Source: Geosiphon pyriformis uo1 (Eukaryota; Fungi; Glomeromycota). Taken from it: DNA of 64,000 bases. Positions 39,379-49,946 of the stretch are shown here, in pieces. The stretch covers positions 158,203-222,202 of the forward strand of contig JAAOMT010000727.1 of assembly GCA_016748015.1 (NCBI GenBank). The letters are read 5' to 3'. The notes under the pieces are model-generated. The model saw only the letters and a program-made list of their open reading frames with translations, was not told the origin of the DNA and searched no databases. The stretch's first letter is position 1. Each line of letters opens with the position of its first letter. A program made the position numbers and the translations under genes.

Positions 39379-42300
39379 TTATCCTCTTCAAAGAGATTAA
39401 GTTTCAGTGAAATCAAGCTATTCATAGAATAATCTATTTGAAAGGTTTTGTCTAATTCAAAGCTAACTAGTTTATTAAAGTTTTTGGTAAATAAGATATA
39501 TAATATTTAAGACGAAATAAGTTTTGTATTCAAAAGACCAAATCTTTGTATTAGAGTTTTAACTTTTTTAGCAATAATTAAAACTCTTGAGATATTTAAT
39601 CATATAATGTCCAAAATTTTTGCTTGTATCTCTGAAGTTGTTTTTTTCATTAGTTTTATATCTTCTATAATTTTACCAAGATAACCATAAAGTTCTAATT
39701 GTCTTTTATATAACAAGTTTTTGTCTATGGGCAAAATTTTTTGGAGTGTTTTTCCAATTGTGCTGGAAAATAGAAGTATAGCTGCTATTATACTTTCTAA
39801 TAGATATTTATCTATTTTGCTACCAATTTTTTCTTTTTTAATAGTAGTTTTCTTGGGTCTAATAACAGTATGTGTTCTATTGTTATCAGTTATAGTGGTC
39901 TGTTTTCCAATAGTCAGAGTAGTATTTGAATAGTTTTTGATTCAATACTTATAGAAAGTATAAAAAACATTTTGAATGTTTTGATCCAGAAAATAATTAT
40001 TTATGTTGATTGAAGATATCTTTGTTTTAGGAATAGTGTATTTATTTATACTTAATTTTTGCTGATTATTTGAGTCGGTATTACCACAACAAGCAACCAA
40101 TTAGGTTATTTATAATATTTTTTGAGTTATATACTATGAACAAAATTATTATTAAAGATTGTTCTGGATTGATCTTGAAGAATATAAAAACCATTGTTTA
40201 AAACTTTGTTGACTAAAAAAGATCTTTTCTACCAGCTAAAGAATTTATCACCATAGATATTGTTTCTGTTTAAACAATATTTCAATATTAAATCATTAAC
40301 ACTTAAAAAAAGTGTTTTATATATTTTCTTTTTCTTAAGCTTTTTTTGAAACTGTTTTATCTTTTCAAAGACAATTATTTGTGCTTTTACTAAAGAGTCA
40401 AAAATAATACCAAGTTTTTTTTGCAAAATAGTTTTATAATTCTCTATTGTAATTTTTTCAAAGTATATTGTTTTAATGTTAGTTTCTATTAGTAGTATTG
40501 CCATACATCCATAAAACAGATAAAAACATTAATAACTTGTTATGTTATGTTCACAGTTCTATAAACAAACAAAGCTAAAGACACAGTACTTTGTCTTATA
40601 AGTTTGTTTCTTTACTGATTTTGGCTAAAGTTTCATATAGTATTCTATTAAAATATTTTACTAGACTATTTGTTTAAGAGTGGTAAGAAGAAAAAAGTTT
40701 ATGACATATTTCCATTTTTCTACAAAGTTTTTCAACCAGTGTACTAAAAAAAGCTCTTCTTTTATCAGATAAAAGTTTTTTGGAGCAGCCATAATAACAG
40801 ATAATATCTTTATAAATGAAGTTGGCTATTAAAACTGTTGTTTAGTCTGGAGTGACTCTTGTTTTTATTCATTTTGTAAGATAGTCAATAGCTGTAATAA
40901 TATATTTATTGCCATTAGAAGTTATTGTTAAGAATTTAACAATATTTATATTAATTCTGTCAAATAGTTGGCCAATAAAGATTTAATAAATATCTTCTTT
41001 ATGGTTGGATTTTCTTTTTTTTGACAGATGTTACAGGTTTTGATGTATTCAACAATGTTTTTTTTTAAGATAAGCCAATAATAGCAAGCTAAAGTTTTTT
41101 GAATTGTTTTTATTTTTCCAAAGTATCTAGCTAATAGATCAGTGTGCATGTTGTAAATCACAATTTTTTTTTCTTTAAATTTAATAACTCTTTAGGAGTG
41201 GTCAAGATCTTTTTTATTTCTTTTGTAAAGTTGGTTCTGGTGAATTAAATAGAAATTTAATTGTTTACACAAATGTTTTCTTTGCTGTCAAATATATTTT
41301 GATGGGTATTGTTCTTTATCCAAAAATTTTATTAAGGCAAAATAGTTGTCCAAATCTATTATTGTGTTTGTTTATGAGGGTATTACTAATAATTAAATTG
41401 ATTTGGTTAAGAGATTGTACTATTACTAAATAGTAAATCTAGAAAAAGCATTAATATTTTGATAATTTGCTCTTTTATGGTGTTGAATATTATAGTCAAA
41501 TTTATTCAGGTAGAGTATTTAGCAAGTTATTTATTTGTGTTCTAGCTTTTTTTTATTGTACAGTCAAACCAAGACTTGATAATCTGTTATTATTAGAAAT
41601 TTTACACCAAAAAAATATTAATTCCAGTAACTAGTAGTCCAAACTACTGTTAAATATTCTTGTTCAGTAATTGAATAGTTCTTTTTTGCTAGTGTAAGAG
41701 ATCTACTGGCATATGCTATAGTATGTTCTCTGCTATTTTCATTTTTTTGGAAGAGAACAGCACCAAGTTCATAGCCAAATACATTAGTCTATAGAATAAA
41801 AAATTGGTTCAGAGTCAGATTGTTTAAGAATTGGTTTAATAATAAGTTTTTCTTTTAAAGTTTCAAAAGCTTTTGGTTGATGAGTATTCCAATAATAATT
41901 GACATTTTTTTTAAGTAGCTAATTAAGAAGAATGGCGATTTTAGAGAAATTTTTGATAAATTTGTGGTAATAAAAAGCCAAACCAAGAAAAAAGTGTAGT
42001 TTAGAAACATTTATAAGTTGTCTAATGTTTTGAACTTTTTTAACTTTAACTAAATCAGGAAAAATTCCATCTTTTGTAATAAAATAACCAAGAAACTGAG
42101 TAGATTGTTATCCAAAAAAAGATTTGATTGAGTTTATTTTAAGATTAACATTTCTAAAGAGATCAAAAATTTTTTGTAAGTGTTTAAGATGTTCATTTCA
42201 GGTTTTTAAGTATATCATTATGTCATCTAAATAAACCAAAACAAAGTTTTTTTTTTACTGATTCAAACACTTTGTTCATTAGGTATTAAAAGGTGAGAGA

Positions 42301-45300
42301 AATATTAGTAAAACTAAAAGACATGACTGTAAATTTGTATGTATTATACTTGGTAATAAAAGCAGTTTTCTTTCTACTTTTTGGATCCATCTCTACTTGC
42401 TAGAATTCAGCAGTTAAGTTAATGGTTGAGAAAAAAGCAGCACTATTGAATTTGTTTAGCATTGCATCAATTTTAAGGAATGAGTACATGTCTTTTATAG
42501 TAATCACATTTAATTAGTGATAGTCAACACAAAAGTATAGAATTTCATCTTTCTTGGATACCATTACAACTAAAAAAGCTTATTCACTCTTGGTTTCTTG
42601 TATAAATCCAAGATTTTTCATTTGGGTTATTTTTTTTTTGATGAACTTATTATTGTGCCAATTGGATTAATAAGGCTTCAAATAGATGGGATGAGTTTCT
42701 CTAATAATAATAGTATGTTGTATCATATAAGTTTGTCTAGAGATGTTATCTTCTTTTAAAATAACTGAGCTATTTCTAGTCAACAGATTTTTAATGTCTA
42801 TTTTTTTTTCTTTAGGAAAGTGTTCTCTTTGTTCTACTGCAAGTAATTGGATTTTAAGTAATTTATTCTCAAAGGATTTTTGTACTTTTCTGGATATCAA
42901 ACTAATTAGCTCCCAATCTTTGTAATAAATCAGGCAAGATTTGTATTTATTATTAGGAGAATACAAAAGTTTATTGCACCTGCACTTAACACAAAGACTA
43001 TGCCATCAATAACTGTATTTGGCTTTCTTGCTAGATTTTTTGTTAAAAGTTCTTCTTAGTATATTATAGTAGGGCCAACAGATTAAGTTGTTATTTACAA
43101 TAATTCTTTTTCTGTTAGCTTTAACATTATTTAGCAGCTTGTCATTGCTAGTGAAGATAGTATAAGTGAGTTTAGCAGTTTTTTCTTGTTTTTCTTAATC
43201 TTCTTCTTCATTGTTCTTATTATTATCTGATTCATTTGATTGTTTTTCTTCTTGGTTTTGCTTGGGTGCTGGAAGAATTGTCTAATAATAGCACTTAACT
43301 ACAATAGATTTCTTACTACATTTAATAGTTAGTTCACAAAGTTTATAGTTAAGTAGTGTTTTGGTTTTCTTGAGTCACTTATTGTTAACAATTATGATAT
43401 ACTTTTTTGCTTCAAATACTTCTATGTCAGTTTTAATGCTGATGTCATTAATGCAAACAAAAACAGCTTTGGCTATGCCCAGACCTTTTTTTTATCACCA
43501 TATATATTGGTTATAGGCCAGGTAAAAAATTCATTAATCTTTCTTTCAATAGCTTCCAGAAAGTGTTTGGCAATTACATTAACAGATAATCTACTGTTTA
43601 AAATCAAGTTAATAAAATAACCAGCCACTTGGGCTTTGCAAATAAGGGAAGTAACATTGCTGTTGTCAGCAAGTCTAGCTTGATGAGAGTGCTTGTTAAT
43701 TTTTGGTGTTTTTTCTTTGGAATTAATGATTTGCAAAGATTTTTTCTGAACTGTGGATAAGTCATTAATTGGCCAAATGTAATGTGTACTAAGGTTTCCA
43801 TGAAATCTTTAACAACAGAATAGAATCCAGATTTTTGTACTATTTTTGGAGATTCTAACTTTGAAGAATTTTTAAAAACTTTAGCCTTTGGTGGCTCATT
43901 GTTATTAACAGTTAATGTGAATGCTTTGTTTGAGTCCAGAACGAAATTAATCTTGGCTTTTTTCTTCTTTTTTGTTAATTCAGAGGTATTGATTGCTAGT
44001 TCATTTATGTTATGATTATTATCAGTTAGATTAAAAGTATAAAAAAAGTTTTTTTCTGGTTAGCTTGTACTTTCACTCTTTGAAAATATATCTATTAGTT
44101 TAAAGACTAATAAACAGTGGCTTCAACTAAAAAATCCTCTTCAAAGAAATTAATGTTGGCATAATTGGGTCTTTGATTGAGGACATTATTGTTAATAGTT
44201 CTGTTGTTTTGATTGTTATTGTTTCTGGGAGCTAAAAAAAGCAAAAAAGGATTGTTGCAATCTCTGAAAAAATGTTCAGTTAATTCATAGTGATAACACA
44301 CAGGTGGGTCATAATTTTGTTGTCTTTGATAAAAAAGTTGCTGGGGCTAATAAAAATGGAATTCAAATCTGGGTCTTTGTAGTTGCTGATTATTTCTGAC
44401 TGCTTAGACTAAGAGTTCTAGTAACTGGACAAGATTGGCTGTAAGTCTATCTATCAACTGTTTATTTGGGTCTTGAGTTTGAGTAGCAAAGAAGATAGCA
44501 GTCATTTGGAGAGCAGAAATCATAACAGAAACAGAAGCAAAAACTGGAAGTATAGATTCTAAGTGCATTTTTTGATTATCTTCTATTCTCTGGACAAATT
44601 CAATAGCCATATTTATTGTGGAATTATTTTTTAGAGCCAGAAAAAGCCAAAGAGCATAGAAAAAATCAGTTCTTAATCTTTTTGTAAAAGAGTAAATTTT
44701 TTGCTTTTCTGTTTAGTTTCTTTCAAAGTTTGCCTGTTTGATTAACTTTCTGATTGTTTTGGCATATTCAGTTACAATTTCACCAGAACCTTGGGTTTTT
44801 TTTTCTAATTCTATGTGTTATTTGGATATTAAGATAAGAGTTCTAAATTTTATTTCAAACCAAGTAATAAAAAAAATGTTGTCTTCTTCAGTATTTGCTA
44901 ATGTTTATTTAATAATTTTTTGCTAAGCATTAATATTGGTTTTTTGTAAAAACCAAGTAGCAAAAGAGTCTTAAAGATAGCCACCAATGATTTGGAATTT
45001 GTATTCATTATTATATTGGTTGGCTGTGGCAGCTTTTTCAAAATCATCTAATCATTCAATTGAATCTTGTACATCATTTCTAAATAATGATAATGAGGTA
45101 TTGTTTTTTTGTTCTAAAGCAGTTTGTATGCCTTGGAGGATAACCAGAATGTTTTGTTGTATAGAGTCATTAGCCATTGGTTCAAGAGTAGCTGTTTGTG
45201 TAGAATGTTCTAATTTACTTAAAAAGAGATTAAAAACAAGAGCAGTTTAATAGTTTTTTACTTCTGTTTTAAAGAGTGTTTTAGTTAGTTAATAGGCAGC

Positions 45301-45697
45301 AATCTAAATGTGAACTTAGTGATTTAGGTATTCAGAATCAAAGGGCTGTTGTTCAAATATTGTGGAATATAAGAGCTAATTGATGTTGTTGTTTTTTTTT
45401 TCAAAGTTGTCTTTAAAATAAACTTGGTTAAAGTAATAAGTTGTATAGGCTGTATAAGTTTTAGCTGAATGTTTATTCAAAAACCAGTTCCAAAAGTCTT
45501 GAAATTGTCTATTAAATTGTTTTTCAATGGGAAAGCAAATCAAGTAGAAGGGCAAAGAAATGAGTTTAATAAAGTCTAGATTGTTTTTATTGTGTACTTT
45601 AAAGTATTCTTCTGATTGTTGTAACAAATATGAATAATTATCTATATAATAAGAAACAAAATAGATTTTGACAACCTTACAAGAAGCATTATTTTTA

Positions 45698-46371
45698 TAT
45701 TATAGATTGGAGTAACAAGCTAATAGATAGCAAAGGAGAACAAGATTATAGAGTGATAAAAGGAATCAAAAAGAATTCAACTTTAAAGAGCAAATTAAAT
45801 AAGTATGGATTCAATATGTAAGATTAGTTTCATAAAATATTTTAGTTGTTATATTTTTCAAAAAATAACTAAGAAATCTGAAGATAAAAGAATAGTCTAT
45901 ATTGTTAACAAATTATTACATATTGGTATAATTCTATGCCTTATATTGGTGCTTTTAGAATTCAATATTAGATATTAGATGTACTTTTTAATCATGTTTT
46001 ATTCAATTCAAATGCTACTATTACATGTTTTAGAAAAAGTTAAAAAATAACCAACAAGTAATCTTTTATCTCAAGATGTTTAGATACTTAAAAGTAAAGA
46101 AAGAAAAATTAATAATAAGAGAAGAATTAAGATAAAAGTTGTTATTTTATTTATTTAATTTCTTTGATTTCTAATATGTATTTCTATAGCTAAGAGATTT
46201 ATTGCTTATATAGCTATTAAAAGTAGTCAATAATCAGGTTAACAATTAAGTTAATAATCAGGTTATTAATTAAGTTAATGATCATTATCTAAAAATAGAG
46301 TGGCTAATTATATAATATTAGTAGCTAATATATATAATAACTAATAAAAAATATAAGTTTCAACTATAACA
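45698..46371 (-). repeat. 5' LTR of B1, with a shorter 12-bp array (~46227-46285)
   Basis: tattatag ... ctataaca; direct repeat of 38641-39378. Confidence 0.92.
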
Positions 46372-48047
46372 ATATAAATTTATTATAAATAAAAGATTAA
46401 TATGCTTAATTAAAAAACTATTTTAAAGTTTCAATAAAAAATTTACAAAATATTTAATTATAAATATTATATGTTTTTAAAAATATGATTAAAAAAATAA
46501 AATACAATAAAATATTAAATGTATTCAAATTTAATATAATTATAACATCTTTTTTTTCAAAATATTATATAATAAATCTTAACTTTAGATTTATTGTTTA
46601 AAGAAATAAATTAAACATATTAACTTTTTATATTATATTAACAAGAAACAATATGTACTTAATTATTTCAATTATATTTTTTGCAATTAAAAATTTTTTT
46701 ATTTAACAAAATTTATCTCAATTTTAAATTATTAAAAATATTTTTTTTAAATTTAAGTATATAAATATAAATTTTATAAAAAACAAAATCATAATATTCG
46801 AATTTGTTTACAATAAAATGTTTTTTAATTTTAAAATATTATAAATTACTTAAAATATAATAAAAAATTAAATATATAAATTAATTTTAATTTTATATAA
46901 AAAAAAGTTATTTTTTATTTTAATTAAACTAATATTATATTATATTATAACTGATAGTTTTTTTTACTTTTTTTATTATTGTTGTTTTGTTAATATGTTA
47001 ATAATAAAACTTTTAATAAGTTAATAAATTTTTTTAAAATATTCTTTATACTTTAAAAACTATTTATATTGTTGAACTTATAATATAGATTAATTTTATA
47101 CCAATTATTTTTTGTAATTACTTTGTATTAAAAGTTAATTTTTTTGGAAAAATTTTTTTATTACTGGTTTTTTTAATAATTATGTAATTATTTTGCTATA
47201 AAAGTCAATTTTTCTACAGTATTTTTTAACTATAAAATCTTAATAATTTATAAAAAAATAAAAAACATAATTTATAAAAAAATAAAAAACATAATTTTAA
47301 TAATAATTAAAAATAATTGTTGCATAAATTCTGTTCAAACTTAAATAAAAAACTAAATAAATTTTATATTTAATAAAATTATTATAATTATTTTTATATA
47401 AATAATTTTATATTTTAATTTTATTATGTTTAGATTTTTTATAATTTTTTATTTAAGCTTATATTTTATTTATAATATATATTTTACTAAGACTTAAAAC
47501 TTTGTTATTTTCAAAATTAATTTTATTAAACAATTTTAAATAAAAATTTAAATTATATAGTTTAAAAATAATATTAATAAATATTAACACAATACATTAA
47601 AATAAATAGAACTTAATATTTAAACATCTTAATTTTATAAATATACTTGTAAAAATAAAATATTATTTACTTTTTTCTAAACAAATTTTTAATTACATAT
47701 AATATTAATGTAAATTTGTTTAAATAAACAGTCACTAATTTCTATTATAAAACAATATGCATAATTTATATATAAACAAAAAAAAACTTCTATTTTTGTT
47801 AAGCAAAAAGTCTAAAACTGACATATTTTTTTAAACATTTCATACTTCATCAAATCTGAATTTAGCCAGTCTTTTTACTTTGTCAAAAAAATTCTCAATA
47901 ATGTAATAAGACTACTTATTAATCAAGAATAAAGAAAAGTTTCATTTGCTCACATTTTATTTTTATTAATAATATTGTAGCGTCCTAAAACTACATATAC
48001 ATACATTAACAAATAAAGATCAAGTCACCAAATACGTTACTTATAGC

Positions 48048-49946
48048 TCAAATTGAAACAATCCATGGGTGTTGTAGTGCTGCATCTGCTCCCAGCATCT
48101 TTTTTTTTAATTTACTTATAAAGTCCTTTCCATCATCAGAAGACACCGTATTAAGCCGTTCTAATAACTTGCCTAATTGATACATGTCCGAAAGAGTTGT
48201 GTAGGTATTATTCTCATCACACGTGCCATCATCCCAGTCTGTCAATAAGCTGTCAAATTTTTCGTTTATTTTACCTCCATGCTCGAAATCAATAAGAACA
48301 TATTCGTAGCCTTGAGAATTATTCGAATCGTAAATAATATTCGATGAACGAATGTCGCGATGGACGAAATCTTTTTCATGAAGTGTCTTCAATCCAGTTA
48401 GCAAACTGCGCGTCATCACTCGTGTTGTTTCCTCGTTTTCCGGTGAGCGTTCAAGGCCACGTGTCTTCAGTTTGACTGTATATCTCCCTGGACCTTTCCG
48501 ATTGGCTTTAAAGGATGGTGCTTTGAAGATCTGAACGAGTCCGTGATGACCTTTGGCAAGCTCGTACATGTCCTTTAATGTATCAACACGTTTGCAGTCC
48601 TTCTCTAAGCCATAGAGTTCACTCTCCGGAACAACTTTCTCGACATGGTCTTCAAAGAAAGTAATTGTAGAATGTCCGAAGGTCCAGTGACTTACCGAGA
48701 GGGATTACTTTAGCAGGGAAGGCATTCTTTGTGATCATGGTTTTAAGGATACGAACAATATTGATGCATATCTTGATAGATGTGTATCGAGCTTTGAGAT
48801 CATACAGGTAAAGTTCTGTGGACAGTGGAACCAACTAGTACATCTTTAACATATCCAAGAAGATCAGGTCTAGTATTTTTTATTGTCGCTGGAGTGCTTT
48901 TTGATTTCGTTGTATATCTCCTTAGAAAAAAAAGTGTAAAATTAATGTTAGACATGGAAACAAAAACTAATATACACCAAGAACAGCATACAAAATGAAA
49001 ACATACTTCTCTTTCGCGTTACGGGAAAATTCGATTTGAAAATCAGAGTTACTGCAAAGTAATCCCAGAGGAAATGTGGTTAATCTATCCACGGCCCCAG
49101 CCAGCTCTATTTCGGTTTTAATTTGGGTAAACCTCGTCTCAGAGAGGGCATTCTTGATAACTAATGCTAATTCACTCTCCCTATCTATTTCATCAAAATA
49201 GATAGAGTCACCAAGTTGTGCAAACTGGCAGTTGTCAAAATAAGATAATATTGTCAATTATGAATAGATTAAGAACAGCTAATATGAAATTCAACCTCAT
49301 ACTTTTCCCAAGTCCGAGTAATTAACCACGGGAAGCTTTGCAAGAAGAGGCGTATTAATGAGGTCCACCAACTGGCCAGCATGAGTTGGCAGAGTATCAA
49401 ATGGCTGAATGAGGTTTTCACATAGAAACTCAGTCTTGTCGGTCTCTATAGTTGAAATTGTTTAAAAACTGGGAGGCTATCAACATTAACGTTTAAATCT
49501 GTGTTAAAATGTACAATACCGTTGCGTGGTCTTTTTGGAGGACGCTCGAGTTCTGCAAGTGAAACAACATTCAAGAACGTTGAAGTTGCGAGTGCAACAC
49601 TCATGAGTCAGTCATTACCCAAAGTCATAAACTCTTTCCCAACGTTCAAGTCACAAGTCACGAAGTCGTTACCTATCAACGTATCTTGTAATTTTTCCAT
49701 CTGCAACTCCCATCTATCTTTGCTCGCCTCCAGCTTTTTTTCTTGCTTTTCCAGATCTTCCTTTTCTTCTATCCATGCCTCTTTTTCATCAGTATCCGTC
49801 CACTTTTTTACTCTCAGATTCCTCTTCAACTCTTCTAATCTATCTCCCTTCTCACCCTCCATAAACTTCTCTAGCTTCTCCACGCATCTCTCATAATGGG
49901 TCGTAGCCACCTCTAATTGACGTTTAATATCTTCAACAGCAGACAT
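48048..49946 (-). pseudogene. Crinkler-like effector: coiled-coil header + NLS micro-exon + nuclease-like segment + protein kinase; two frame breaks
   Basis: Exons 49946-49673, 49552-49520, 49445-49303, 49224-49007 and 48920-48048. All introns are GT..AG and splice in frame up to 'TRPDLLGYVKDVLV'. Frame breaks at ~48834 and ~48678. Kinase motifs 'HRDIRSSNI', 'LIDFE', 'SDMYQLG' and 'ALQHPW'. CpG-rich. Confidence 0.85.

Larger units (their letters stand above)
38641..46371 (-). mobile_element. Ty3/Gypsy family B, copy B1 (two LTRs, decayed)
   Basis: LTRs 38641-39378 and 45698-46371; PPT ~39379-39395; decayed PBS 45676-45691; gag ~44300-45300 with knuckle 'CYHYELTEHFFRDC'; protease 'LILNSRLSVNVI' ~43590; RT 'VYLDD' ~42225-42240; RNase H ~41450-41850; integrase 'HTDLLARYFG..CNICQ' ~40300-41200. 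Confidence 0.93.

Noticed and set aside
47244-47296. Short (~24-bp) tandem duplication in AT-rich DNA, plus TAAAA runs in LTRs and 20-bp repeats at ~30853-30893
   Set aside because: Simple slippage repeats with no evidence of function; not telomeric.
48048-48569. Stand-alone 173-aa kinase gene
   Set aside because: Lacks a complete N-lobe and its frame extends upstream; it is the end of a larger spliced gene.
49501-49896. 131-aa Ser-rich + strand ORF
   Set aside because: Antisense shadow of the coiled-coil exon of the kinase effector.
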